Shown one piece after another: positions 21,902 to 31,654 of a stretch of DNA of 64,000 nucleotides (its first letter is position 1; each line of letters opens with the position of its first letter). A program made the position numbers and the translations under genes. Origin of the DNA: Clostridiales bacterium (GTDB lineage Bacteria; Bacillota; Clostridia; DUOD01); contig DUOD01000013.1 of the NCBI GenBank assembly GCA_012838995.1, forward strand, positions 28,561 through 92,560, read 5' to 3'. The notes under the pieces are model-generated. The model searched no databases. It was not told the DNA's origin and was given only the letters and a program-made list of their open reading frames with translations.

Positions 21902-23149
21902 TTATCTTATTTGACCATTACCTAAAACAATGTACTTGGTGGTGGTCAACTCGTTAAGGCCCATGGGACCCCTGGCATGAAGCTTTTGAGTACTAATGCC
22001 TATTTCCGCTCCAAACCCAAACTCAAAACCATCGGTAAAACGGGTAGAAGCATTTACATAAACAGTGGCTGCATCTACTTTATCCAAAAATTCTCGGGAA
22101 TGGCTGTAGCTGTTTGTTACTATGGCTTCCGAGTGTCCCGATCCGTATCGGTTGATATGATCGATGGCATCCTGTATTCCGTCAACTACCTTTATAGCTA
22201 TAATAAGATCCAGGTATTCGGCTGACCAATCGTCCTCCGTTGCCGGAATAATATCGGGTATTATGGCTGCAGTCTCGCCACAACCCCTCAATTCAACGCC
22301 ATGGTCCCTTAATCTCTGTGCTATAGGGGGTAAGAACTTAGAAGCTATTGCCTTGTGCACCAACAAAGTTTCTGCGGCATTGCACACCCCCGGTCGATTT
22401 ACCTTGGCATTTGTCACAATTTCCAAAGCCATATCCATATCGCAATCCTCATCTATGTATACGTGACAATTTCCAACGCCGGTTTCAATAACCGGGACGG
22501 TGGCGTTTTCCACTACCGACTTGATTAACCCTGCACCTCCCCGGGGGATTAGCACGTCAATGTAATCATTCAGTTTCATCATTTGGGTGGCTATTTCCCT
22601 TGAAGTATCCCGTATCAGCTGAATACTGCCCTGGGGTATTCCCTCTTCATAAGCCTTTGCCGTCAGCACGTCGACAATGGCTTTGTTTGAATTAATTGCT
22701 TCTGAACCTCCCCTTAAAATCACCGCATTTCCGGTTTTTAAACAAAGGCCTATCGCATCCACCGTAACATTAGGCCTGGCTTCGTATATTATGCCTACCA
22801 CTCCCAAAGGCACTCGTTTTTTCCCTATCTGTAAGCCGTTGGGCCTTTTCCACATGGACAGGACCTCACCGATGGGATCGGGTAGGTCTTTTATTTGACG
22901 TAGCCCGACGGCCATATCCTTTATGCGCTTTTCGTTAAGTTCCAGCCTGTCCAGCAGCGCCCCGGTTATCCCCTTAGCCTTTGCATTGTCCATATCTATG
23001 GCGTTTTGTCGCATAATATAGTCTGCATTATCCTCCAAACTTTGGGCCATGGCCTCCAATGCCCTATTTTTAACATCCGTTGTTATGTTCATCAGCTCTG
23101 CCGATGCCTTTTTACACGCTGTTGCCTGTGTTAAAAGTTCGCTATTCAT
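21902..23149 (-). CDS. proA: Gamma-glutamyl phosphate reductase
   Basis: Aldehyde dehydrogenase-like ProA family; overlaps the proB stop. Confidence 0.9.
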   Translation of the reverse strand: MNSELLTQATACKKASAELMNITTDVKNRALEAMAQSLEDNADYIMRQNAIDMDNAKAKGITGALLDRLELNEKRIKDMAVGLRQIKDLPDPIGEVLSMWKRPNGLQIGKKRVPLGVVGIIYEARPNVTVDAIGLCLKTGNAVILRGGSEAINSNKAIVDVLTAKAYEEGIPQGSIQLIRDTSREIATQMMKLNDYIDVLIPRGGAGLIKSVVENATVPVIETGVGNCHVYIDEDCDMDMALEIVTNAKVNRPGVCNAAETLLVHKAIASKFLPPIAQRLRDHGVELRGCGETAAIIPDIIPATEDDWSAEYLDLIIAIKVVDGIQDAIDHINRYGSGHSEAIVTNSYSHSREFLDKVDAATVYVNASTRFTDGFEFGFGAEIGISTQKLHARGPMGLNELTTTKYIVLGNGQIR

Positions 23150-23966
23150 TTACTACACCCTCCCTTTTGCTCTTTCCAGGAAACAGGGTACCTATTTCCT
23201 CTCCTTTTAAAACCTTATATATATTTCTCGGTTTGTTCCCATTTATTATTACCATATCTATTAAAGCATCATGACATAGCCTTGCGGCCATTATTTTTGT
23301 TTTCATTCCACCCGTTCCAAAATCGCTGCCCGCACCTCCACAGTTTTCAAGCAGATGGTCATCAATCTTATCTACCCTTGTTATCAGCTTTGCGTCTGCA
23401 TGCTTATGGGGGTCTTTGTCGTATAAACCGTCAATATCCGAAAGGATTATAAGTAGGTCGGCGTTGATAATGGCTGCCACCACCGCCGACAGAGTGTCAT
23501 TGTCCCCGAACTCTATCTCTTCCGTTGCCACCGTATCGTTCTCATTTACCACGGGAATTACCCCGTATTTTAGCAACGTATCAAAAGTATTTCTTGCATT
23601 GTTTTTTCGATCGTCCCGGTCTATTACATCCTTTGTAAGCAATACTTGGGCGGCTATTATGCCGTATTCGCTAAAAATCCTTTCGTAAACCTGCATAAGT
23701 ATCCCTTGGCCTATTGCCGCCATTGCTTGTTTTTCCTGGATGGTAACGGGTTTATATGTTAGACCCAGTTTTGATGCACCGACGCCAATGGCCCCCGAGG
23801 TTACCAAAATTATTTCCTTGTCCTGGTTCCTAAGGTCTGCCAGCACTCTAACCAACTGCTCGATTCTTAATAGATTTAATTTACCGTTGGGATATGTTAT
23901 GGTAGATGTTCCAACCTTTACAACTATTCTGGTGCTCTGTTTCAAGCCGTTTCTCCCGTACTCCAT
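23142..23966 (-). CDS. proB: Glutamate 5-kinase (short form without a PUA domain)
   Basis: Amino-acid kinase family (VVKVGTS...) at 274 aa. Confidence 0.85.
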   Translation of the reverse strand: MEYGRNGLKQSTRIVVKVGTSTITYPNGKLNLLRIEQLVRVLADLRNQDKEIILVTSGAIGVGASKLGLTYKPVTIQEKQAMAAIGQGILMQVYERIFSEYGIIAAQVLLTKDVIDRDDRKNNARNTFDTLLKYGVIPVVNENDTVATEEIEFGDNDTLSAVVAAIINADLLIILSDIDGLYDKDPHKHADAKLITRVDKIDDHLLENCGGAGSDFGTGGMKTKIMAARLCHDALIDMVIINGNKPRNIYKVLKGEEIGTLFPGKSKREGVVNE

Positions 23967-24079
23967 TTGGACTCTCCCTACATAATTGTTTTTTTCCTTG
24001 TTCCCCTTTCAAGGATCTTCATGTAATATTTTAAACCCTATGGCTTTTTAAATCAAATATTCCTTTAAAAGTCTAAGAT

Positions 24080-24110
24080 AAAATAAAAAATAGGCAGATT
24101 TAACTGCCTA
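24080..24110 (-). terminator. Intrinsic terminator overlapping the stop codon of the 24100..24726 gene
   Basis: The minus-strand RNA reads UAGGCAGuuaaauCUGCCUA followed by UUUUUUAUUUU. Confidence 0.5.
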
Positions 24111-24726
24111 TGTCCTCTAGCAGTAAGTCCAAATGGTATTCGTCATCTACCACCAGACCTCCACGTATTTGCCGTTTAAAGTCTTCCGGCAATATGTTTA
24201 TAGGGATTGACGTTTCCCTAAACAGCTCCGGCTGTTCCTTGCCCAATTTGTTCTTATAGATGCCTACATATCCGTTGTTATCCATGATTATATAGTGTTT
24301 TGGACAATACCCTTGGAAATGCTGCATCAACAAAACTTCCTCAACAGAAAAGTATATTACGTCCCAATCACCATAGTATTGTTCAAGCTCATGGACATTC
24401 AGCCCCACAAGGCTGCCTTCAGCCGTGGATTCTTCCACAACCTCGTGACCGCACCTTTTGTATATATGGAGGAATTTGAGCCTGGTGTCCTTTGTTATTG
24501 TTTGGTCTGTATCCGTTTCATATACACCGTCTCCCTCCATTTCATTATACGACGGAAAAAGGGTGTTCTGTGACGGGATATTGTCGGATTGCTCCGGCCG
24601 CCCGTTATTTATCACGCTCTTTTTGGTAAAAAGATATCCATAAATGTATCCACTTGCCAAAAGGAGTATACCCACCAATATGAATATCAATACACCCTTT
24701 GGTTTTCTCCTTTTATTGGAAAACAT
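24100..24726 (-). CDS. Membrane-anchored hypothetical protein with a BofC-like C-terminal domain (208 aa)
   Basis: N-terminal signal-anchor helix. The C-terminal segment (NGYVGIYKN...GGLVVDDEYHLDLLLEDI) resembles the BofC C-terminal domain pattern (NGYIGV...GIPFRTKAEFEDVIEHM). This is a weak similarity judged by eye. Confidence 0.35.
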   Translation of the reverse strand: MFSNKRRKPKGVLIFILVGILLLASGYIYGYLFTKKSVINNGRPEQSDNIPSQNTLFPSYNEMEGDGVYETDTDQTITKDTRLKFLHIYKRCGHEVVEESTAEGSLVGLNVHELEQYYGDWDVIYFSVEEVLLMQHFQGYCPKHYIIMDNNGYVGIYKNKLGKEQPELFRETSIPINILPEDFKRQIRGGLVVDDEYHLDLLLEDIGS

Positions 24727-24884
24727 TTGCTATTCCTCCAGCCTGTTCTGGGGTAATATTATTTCCATAATTTAATAAATTTATACAAAATTAATAAAAT
24801 ATGTATTTCCCGACAATTGATTGTTAAATCTCAGTTTTTTAAGTAAAATTAATATAAGTAAACGATAAATTTGGAGGCACAAGA

Positions 24885-25061
24885 ATGGGTGGAATTATTG
24901 GCGGTTTGATAATTGCCTGGATATTATCCTGGCTTGGTATCGATAGTATTATTATCCGGGGTATTAACGAATTGTTCGGTATGGAGATTTCCAAAGCCGG
25001 GTATTACGTGATATTTGCCATAATAGGCCTGATAACCCGACTGTTAACAAGACGAAGATAA
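24885..25061 (+). CDS. Small hydrophobic protein of about 58 aa with two predicted transmembrane helices
   Basis: ATG with a GGAGG RBS 8 nt upstream. Translation gives MGGIIGGLIIAWILSWLGIDSIIIRGINELFGMEISKAGYYVIFAIIGLITRLLTRRR if the stop is at about 25059. My reading of the printed sequence and the ORF track disagree by one base near 25020-25085, so the 3' end is uncertain. Confidence 0.35.
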   Translation: MGGIIGGLIIAWILSWLGIDSIIIRGINELFGMEISKAGYYVIFAIIGLITRLLTRRR

Positions 25062-25155
25062 AAGGCATTGTCTCAGTTTTATAAAGTAAAACGCCTTATC
25101 CCGTGGACGGTAGTTAATCCGTGGGATAAGGCGTATATGTTTATCCGTAATTTTT

Positions 25156-25887
25156 CTACTCTTCGGGCATATCCCAGTTATGATACACATTCTGGACATC
25201 GTCATGGTCGTCCAGCTTTTCTACCATGGCCTCCAATTTGCCGGCAGTCTCTTGGTCCAGGGTAACTGTATTTTGGGGTATCATTTCTATGCCTGCCGAA
25301 ACAAATTTTAAACCTTTAGCTTCCAAGGCTTCCCGCACACTGGAAAAGGAGGCGGGATCGGTATATATTTCGTAAACATCGTCCAACGTCTCAATATCTT
25401 CTGCACCGGCCTCCAGGGCCTCCATCATCAAATCATCTTCGGTCAGCGGTATGTCTTTTTCGACAACCAATAACCCTTTTCTGTCAAACATCCATGCAAC
25501 GCAGCCGGATTCGCCAAGGCTGCCCCCTGCTCTGTCGAATATATATCTCATTTCACTGGCCGTTCTGTTTCTGTTATCCGTTACAGCCTCAACTATCACA
25601 GCAACACCTCCGGGACCGTATCCTTCATAGGTTATTTCTTCATAATTCACATTTTCCAGCTCACCGGCCGCCCTTTTTATGCTTCTTGTTATGGTATCGT
25701 TAGGCATATTAAAGGACCTTGCCTTGGCTATAGCATCCCTAAGTCTGGAATTGGTTGAAGGGTCACTTCCCCCCTGCTTTACAGCTACAGCCAATTCCCT
25801 GCCCAGTTTTGTGAACAGTTTTCCCTTTTGGGCATCAGACCTTTCCTTTTTATGTTTAATGTTGGACCATTTTGAGTGTCCAGCCAT
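25156..25887 (-). CDS. YebC/PmpR family DNA-binding transcriptional regulator
   Basis: MAGHSKWSNIKHKK N-terminus and the full 243-aa YebC family sequence. Confidence 0.9.
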   Translation of the reverse strand: MAGHSKWSNIKHKKERSDAQKGKLFTKLGRELAVAVKQGGSDPSTNSRLRDAIAKARSFNMPNDTITRSIKRAAGELENVNYEEITYEGYGPGGVAVIVEAVTDNRNRTASEMRYIFDRAGGSLGESGCVAWMFDRKGLLVVEKDIPLTEDDLMMEALEAGAEDIETLDDVYEIYTDPASFSSVREALEAKGLKFVSAGIEMIPQNTVTLDQETAGKLEAMVEKLDDHDDVQNVYHNWDMPEE

Positions 25888-25950
25888 TTAAAATCCCTCC
25901 TAATTTATAGAATTAATCTAATCTCTTGGCTTTGCGGAACTAACAACATA

Positions 25951-26736
25951 CTAAAGCATTTCATTTAATTCTTTAGGCGGCGCAGAGGGAGGACGACGTT
26001 TGTGTTGGGAAACCCTTGCCATGGTTTCTATTCTGTTTTTAATATCCTCCGACAGCCCAGCTTTACCCTCTATAAAGGCATCTATATCATCATAACGCAA
26101 CTGCATTTCTTGCTCATCGGTTTGATCAGGCCACAAACCCGCTGATGGCGGTTTTGCTATTACTTCCCTGGGTACGCCTATAAATTCGGCCATTTCCCTG
26201 ACCTGTCTTTTAAGAAGTATTCTTATTGGCAGCAAATCCACTCCGCCGTCGCCGTATTTGGTAAAATACCCGGTTAAATATTCGGCGGCATTATCCGTCC
26301 CTATTACCAGGCTATTGTTCAATTGGGCTATCATATATAAGGTACACATCCTAAGTCGGGCCTTAAGATTACCCTTTGTCAGGTTTATGATTTGTTGATT
26401 CTTTTTGGAAAAAATGCCCTTATCCTGTGCATATTCCACCAAACGGGAATAGGTATCGGATAGATCAAATACCACGGGTTTTAATTTAAAGGTTTTGCAG
26501 ACCTTGTCGGCATGGTCCAAATCTTCCTGTGAGCTGTAGCAGGGCATAATCACCGGTATTGTGGTCTTTGGAAAAACCTTGTAACACAAACCCAACACCA
26601 GGGCGCTGTCCACACCGCCGGATACACCTACAACGCATCCCTGGGCACCGGACGTTTCAACCGTATTTTTTATCCATTCTGCAATATTATTAACGGTATT
26701 TATTATACCCTGGGTTTTTTGGTCATTTACATTCAC
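25951..26736 (-). CDS. nadE: NH3-dependent NAD+ synthetase
   Basis: PP-loop (SGGVDSALV) at 261 aa. Confidence 0.85.
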   Translation of the reverse strand: MNVNDQKTQGIINTVNNIAEWIKNTVETSGAQGCVVGVSGGVDSALVLGLCYKVFPKTTIPVIMPCYSSQEDLDHADKVCKTFKLKPVVFDLSDTYSRLVEYAQDKGIFSKKNQQIINLTKGNLKARLRMCTLYMIAQLNNSLVIGTDNAAEYLTGYFTKYGDGGVDLLPIRILLKRQVREMAEFIGVPREVIAKPPSAGLWPDQTDEQEMQLRYDDIDAFIEGKAGLSEDIKNRIETMARVSQHKRRPPSAPPKELNEML

Positions 26737-26827
26737 AACTCATCATCCTTATAAATTTTCTAGATAAATATTAACATGTCGGTCACTATCGCGACAAGTT
26801 TTTTTAAACTTTACATTATAATTATTA

Positions 26828-27457
26828 TTAGATAACATCTACGTCAATATATACATCTCCTTTGGCTTGTATATCAATGTTACCCTTGGTAATATCCTGC
26901 ATCCGTCTACGAACGGCGTCAATATCATCGTCCTTTATATTAATGATTATGGCAACACGGCTCCCGTATTCCATATCGGCAATGGGACATTTAAGATTAT
27001 ACAATTCATTTTTTATCTTGCCAATATAATTATAATCCGTTACCAGCATTAACTGTTTACCCGGAATCTTTTCAATGATGCCTGTATTATCAAGGGCTGA
27101 CCGTGCAGCTTTGGAATAGGCCCTTATAAGTCCCCCGGACCCCAACAGTATGCCCCCGAAATACCTGGTGACAACCGCAACCACATTTCGTAAGGCTTCT
27201 TTTTTCAATACTTCCAGTATAGGCAGGCCGGCCGTTCCGCTGGGTTCCCCATCATCACTGAAACGCTGTATGCTCCCCTTTTCCCCCACTATATATCCGT
27301 AACAATTATGGGTTGCATTCCAATGGCTTTTTTTAATACCTTCGATAAAAGCCAGTGCCTGATCCTCATTTACAGCTTTCTTTATGTGTCCGATGAATTT
27401 GGATTTTTTTATAACAATCTCTGCCTGTCCAAATTTTTTTACCGTCCTGTATCGCAA
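26828..27457 (-). CDS. YigZ/IMPACT family protein
   Basis: UPF0029 N-terminal domain motifs (KSKFIGH...GEPSGTAG). Confidence 0.8.
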   Translation of the reverse strand: MRYRTVKKFGQAEIVIKKSKFIGHIKKAVNEDQALAFIEGIKKSHWNATHNCYGYIVGEKGSIQRFSDDGEPSGTAGLPILEVLKKEALRNVVAVVTRYFGGILLGSGGLIRAYSKAARSALDNTGIIEKIPGKQLMLVTDYNYIGKIKNELYNLKCPIADMEYGSRVAIIINIKDDDIDAVRRRMQDITKGNIDIQAKGDVYIDVDVI

Positions 27458-27490
27458 TATATAACACCACCTAGAGATCCATAATTTATC

Positions 27491-27516
27491 AAAAAAAAAG
27501 CAGATATGTCTGCTTT
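27491..27516 (-). terminator. Intrinsic terminator after the NUDIX gene
   Basis: An 8-bp stem (AAAGCAGA tatg TCTGCTTT) flanked by an A-run and a T-run; palindromic. Confidence 0.55.
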
Positions 27517-27526
27517 TTACAACCTT

Positions 27527-27943
27527 TTAAACTACCATTTCCTTATATTTTTTATATGATAAACTGACCAAAGCCTTGTCCTGGCTATAAGTAATCCTGT
27601 TGATGGCATCATCAATCGGGAAAAACCCGCCGTCTAAAAAGCCGTCGCTTTCACTTATCTTGTAATCAGTATTTAATGCAGTCATTAAATACCACGTTAT
27701 TTCGTTACAAACCGGTCTCTGTCTTGTGACAGAAAAAAATTCGTAACTGGTTTCACCTACCGCTGATATTATCTCAGCGTCTACTCCCGCTTCCTCCTTT
27801 ACGCGACGTAAAGCAACTTCGCGGGAAAGGTCACCGTTACGAATTACTCCCTTGGGCAGTACCCATTCTCCCTTTTCGTTTTTTAAGAGCAACACCCGAT
27901 CACCGCTAAAGACTACGCCACCTGCGCAAACCCTCTTAAGCAT
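27527..27943 (-). CDS. NUDIX hydrolase
   Basis: Nudix box (GDLSREVALRRVKEEAGV). Confidence 0.75.
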   Translation of the reverse strand: MLKRVCAGGVVFSGDRVLLLKNEKGEWVLPKGVIRNGDLSREVALRRVKEEAGVDAEIISAVGETSYEFFSVTRQRPVCNEITWYLMTALNTDYKISESDGFLDGGFFPIDDAINRITYSQDKALVSLSYKKYKEMVV

Positions 27944-28129
27944 TTTAACCAGCCCCCCGTATTATTGTGCTTAACTATATGGTACAATAAATCACTACCA
28001 CTTTCAACAAATATTTGCTGCCTGGGACTAAATAAATATCCATAACGGGTTTAATCGGTCACATTTCCCCGTAAAATAAAAATACACTAAAAAATTCCTG
28101 CATTTTTTCTTGTATCCACAAGATTATAC

Positions 28130-28804
28130 CTATTCTCCGCTGGGCCTGGGTACTATATCCAATATCTGTTCCCCATCGTCCACATTGACATAATAACGGG
28201 GAACATCACCGATTATAACCGTATCCACTACCGGCACATGGGACACCACGGTGACCAGGTAGGAGTCCAAAGGCACCGCAACGCGCACCTGGGTTTCCAC
28301 CCTTATGTTTATACTGTGTCGTGTTTGGTTAACCCCCGCTTGCTCAAATTGGCTTACAAAGTCGGCTTCTACAGATCCTACAGGCAGAACCTTTACCCTT
28401 ATCATGGGGCCGGCACCGGCAAAAATACTGCTTTGGAGGGTGGCACCTACCGGAATTTCAATACCCTGTTGAGTCCTTTTATTAAGTTCTTCTATTACAT
28501 ATTCGGTAAGTTGAGAAGCTATAAGATTCATCTTTACCGTATTGGCCTGCAGGGCGTTTATTTTCCCAGAGCTGTCCCTTACCATCGTAACAAAGTCTTC
28601 ATAACTTACATTGCCCAACAATCTTTTTCCCACCGCTTCGTTTATCGACTCGGTGGCAATCACCCTGACCTTTGCTTCGCATATGGCAAAAAGTACGGGT
28701 TTTATTCGGGTATCTATTATAATCAGCATAATAATCAAAATAGCAATTATCACGGTTATGTAAAAAATAAACCTGCTTTTGATAAACCTTTTTCTACGTA
28801 TCAT
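28130..28804 (-). CDS. yunB: Sporulation protein YunB-like, membrane-anchored
   Basis: Basic N-terminus, a transmembrane helix, then a about 190-aa domain. The size and organisation match the YunB family, and it sits divergent to a class A PBP. Confidence 0.45.
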   Translation of the reverse strand: MIRRKRFIKSRFIFYITVIIAILIIMLIIIDTRIKPVLFAICEAKVRVIATESINEAVGKRLLGNVSYEDFVTMVRDSSGKINALQANTVKMNLIASQLTEYVIEELNKRTQQGIEIPVGATLQSSIFAGAGPMIRVKVLPVGSVEADFVSQFEQAGVNQTRHSINIRVETQVRVAVPLDSYLVTVVSHVPVVDTVIIGDVPRYYVNVDDGEQILDIVPRPSGE

Positions 28805-28948
28805 AAACTACTCCTCCTAATTATATGTCTATGTAACAGCGATGGAGAAGTTACAATCTATTTACAGTCAATTTGTTTTCCATTTCGTTTGTGGTATAAT
28901 ATATTAGGCAATTTCCTGTTTCTATACTATTGAGGAGGAAAAGAAAAG

Positions 28949-31609
28949 ATGAAGTTTTTTCAAAAAGGAAAAAACTCTGCTAATAATAAAAAGGCTGTAA
29001 AACCAAATAATGAATCTCAGGAAAAGGGCTGGCTGGTAAAGAAGAAGAAAAAACCCAATACAGCCCTAACTATTTTTGTTACTTCTCTAAGGATATTCAT
29101 TATTGTCATCCTATTGGTGTTTTTTATAGGCATTGGTGCAGTATTCGGTATAGGCAAAGCTTATTTGGATTCCACGCCCGAACTGGACCTTGAAAAAATC
29201 GAGAATCAAAGTGAGGCCAGTTTTATATATGATGCAAACGGCGAGCTGTTAACCGAGTATTATGGCTATGAATACCGTATATGGGCCTCCCTGGATGAGA
29301 TACCCGAAGACCTTCAAAATGCCTTTATAGCCATAGAAGACGTGCGATTTAGGGCCCATAACGGTGTTGACTTTAAGAGGATTATCGGCGCTTTTATATC
29401 AAACATAAAAAGCGACAGTGTTCAGGGTGCCAGTACCATAACACAACAACTTATAAAAAACAGGATTTTGACCCCCGAGCGTAGTTACAAACGTAAAATT
29501 CAAGAAGCTTATCTTGCATTGCAATTGGAAAAAAAGTATACAAAGGAGCAGATACTGGAGGCCTATCTTAATACCATTTGGCTGGACCGCTCTGTTTATG
29601 GGGTTAAGGCCGCGGCAGAATACTATTTCGGTAAAGAACTCAGTGAACTCAATTTAAAGGAATGCGCAGTTCTGGCTGGTATGACTCAAAATCCTTCCTA
29701 TTATTCACCCTATAATAAGAATCAGGAAAATTTTGAGCGTACCAATAAAAGAGCCAATTTGGTATTAAGCATAATGTATGAAGAGGGCTTTATTACCGAA
29801 CAGGAATACAACAAGGCAAAGGAAACGGAGATTGTGGTAAAACCTCCCGAAGAAAATGCTTGGAGTTTTGATATGGCATACTTTATTGAATATGCCATAA
29901 AAGACGTAAGAAACCACCTTATGCAAAAATACAATGTCAGTCTGTCGGAAGCCGAGCAGATGCTTTTGACGGGCGGTTATAAAATATATACCACCCTTGA
30001 CCCGGAAATTCAAAAAACCGCAGAAGAAGCCGTCAAAAACTATGATCAATACCCCAAGCTACCTCAAAATATATCGATAGGCAAACAAACCGGAGCCATG
30101 CAGCCCCAGGCGGCTGCCGTGGTCATGGATCATCGTACCGGTGAAGTCAAAGCATTGGTGGGCGGTAGGGAGACCCCCGATGTTAGGCGAACCTTTAATA
30201 GGGCTACCGATTCCCTGCTTCAAATCGGTTCCACGATAAAGCCCATATCTGTTTACGCCCCGGCTTTAGACAACGGTTTGTCACCGGCTACGGTATTTGA
30301 CGATATCCCTGCACCCATTCCCGGGTGGAAGTCTAAAAATGGATACCCCAACAATTACGATTATTTCAGAGGTCTCATAACCATGCGGGATGCCGTAAAG
30401 TTTTCCGTTAACCACGTAGCGGCCGAAACCCTTGCCAAGCATGTGGGTGTAGACACGGCTGCCCAATACCTTATAAATATGGGTATTGATCAACGGGGAA
30501 TAGAGAATAACCTAAGCGGACTTTCACTGGGGACTTCCGCCATGTCCCCCTTGGAACTGGCGGGAGCGTTTAGTACAATAGCAAATAAAGGTGTATATCA
30601 ACAACCTATTACCTTTACCAGGGTTGAGGATAAGGACGGTAAAGTAATTCTGGATAAAACCGATCAGATAAAAAGGGTGGTCATGAAGGAAACATCGGCC
30701 TTTATGCTAAACAGTATGCTGGAAGATGTAGTAAACAGCGGTACCGGCACAAATGTAAAGTTCGGCAAAATGCCCTTGGCGGGCAAAACCGGTACCAATG
30801 AAAAGGTCAAGGGCGTACTTTTTGCAGGGTATTCCCCCTACTATACATCCATTGTATGGATAGGACACGACGATAACGAAAGCCTGCCACGAAACGCTAC
30901 CGGTGGACGCACCGCAGGACTTCTTTGGCGAAATATCATGAAACCTATACATGAAGGTTTGGAGCCGATAAAAATTTATGAAGGTGTACCTGAAGGTATA
31001 GTACGTGTGAGCGTATGCTCAAAGTCAGGCAAACTACCCACGGATTTATGCAGCCAGGCCGGCCATGTTGTAACCGACTACTTTTTAACCGGTACAGTTC
31101 CCCGGGAAAAATGTGATTACCATATAAAATATTCCATATGTTCAGAATCCGGTAAAACACCGGGAGAATTCTGTCCGGAGGAAAGCATTGTGTCGCGTGT
31201 ATTTGTTAAACGGCCAAGTAATTCACCCTATTTTACCCAATTAAGTGCTGAACAGAGAAAGCTTGTAAGGGATTATGATGAGCAGTTACCCGAAACGGCG
31301 ACGGATAAGGGCATATGTGACGTCCATACTATGGAATGGTGGCTGGCAGAAGAGGAAAGAAAACGTCTGGAAGAAGAGGAAAACGCCCAGGGACCGGACA
31401 ATGAAGCAAATCCTGAAGAAGAACCCGGTACTGACCCTGGGAAGGATCCGGGTACCGACCCGGGAAGTGATCCCGGTACCGACCCGGGAAGCGATCCGGG
31501 CACCGGCTCAGGAAATGATCCCGGCGCCAATCCGGGCGCCAACCCGGGAAATGATCCGGGGGCAGGCAATAGAAAAAACGATGGTAATAATGATAAAAAA
31601 GATGGATAA
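28949..31609 (+). CDS. Class A penicillin-binding protein (bifunctional transglycosylase/transpeptidase, PBP1A-type), 886 aa with a Cys-rich segment and a low-complexity C-terminal tail
   Basis: GT51 motifs (EDVRFRAHNGVD, GASTITQQL) and transpeptidase motifs (STIKP, SVN, KTGT). It has an N-terminal signal anchor, a C-terminal CxxxxC...C.YH...C...C segment and a D-P-G repeat tail. Confidence 0.9.
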   Translation: MKFFQKGKNSANNKKAVKPNNESQEKGWLVKKKKKPNTALTIFVTSLRIFIIVILLVFFIGIGAVFGIGKAYLDSTPELDLEKIENQSEASFIYDANGELLTEYYGYEYRIWASLDEIPEDLQNAFIAIEDVRFRAHNGVDFKRIIGAFISNIKSDSVQGASTITQQLIKNRILTPERSYKRKIQEAYLALQLEKKYTKEQILEAYLNTIWLDRSVYGVKAAAEYYFGKELSELNLKECAVLAGMTQNPSYYSPYNKNQENFERTNKRANLVLSIMYEEGFITEQEYNKAKETEIVVKPPEENAWSFDMAYFIEYAIKDVRNHLMQKYNVSLSEAEQMLLTGGYKIYTTLDPEIQKTAEEAVKNYDQYPKLPQNISIGKQTGAMQPQAAAVVMDHRTGEVKALVGGRETPDVRRTFNRATDSLLQIGSTIKPISVYAPALDNGLSPATVFDDIPAPIPGWKSKNGYPNNYDYFRGLITMRDAVKFSVNHVAAETLAKHVGVDTAAQYLINMGIDQRGIENNLSGLSLGTSAMSPLELAGAFSTIANKGVYQQPITFTRVEDKDGKVILDKTDQIKRVVMKETSAFMLNSMLEDVVNSGTGTNVKFGKMPLAGKTGTNEKVKGVLFAGYSPYYTSIVWIGHDDNESLPRNATGGRTAGLLWRNIMKPIHEGLEPIKIYEGVPEGIVRVSVCSKSGKLPTDLCSQAGHVVTDYFLTGTVPREKCDYHIKYSICSESGKTPGEFCPEESIVSRVFVKRPSNSPYFTQLSAEQRKLVRDYDEQLPETATDKGICDVHTMEWWLAEEERKRLEEEENAQGPDNEANPEEEPGTDPGKDPGTDPGSDPGTDPGSDPGTGSGNDPGANPGANPGNDPGAGNRKNDGNNDKKDG
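31420..31570 (+). repeat. In-frame tandem nucleotide repeats encoding a (D/N)PG(T/S/A/K) tail at the PBP C-terminus
   Basis: Repeated GATCCGGGTACCGACCCGGGAAGT-like units encode PGTDPGKDPGTDPGSDPGTDPGSDPGTGSGNDPGANPGANPGNDPGAG. Confidence 0.7.
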
Positions 31610-31637
31610 AAAGCGGTGTACCGCTTTTTATCCTTTT
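31609..31637 (+). terminator. Intrinsic terminator after the PBP gene
   Basis: AAGCGGtgtaCCGCTT followed by TTTATCCTTTTATTTT. Confidence 0.55.
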
Positions 31638-31654
31638 ATTTTGAGCAAAAATCA

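Noticed and set aside
25068-25265. 65-aa plus-strand ORF overlapping the 3' end of the YebC gene
   Set aside because: It lies antisense within a well-supported conserved CDS, has no RBS, and its listed N-terminus conflicts with my reading of the printed bases. It is treated as spurious.
31420-31570. Short direct repeats that could superficially suggest a CRISPR array
   Set aside because: The units are 24 nt, contiguous with no spacers, in frame inside a CDS, and there are no cas genes. They are a coding tandem repeat.
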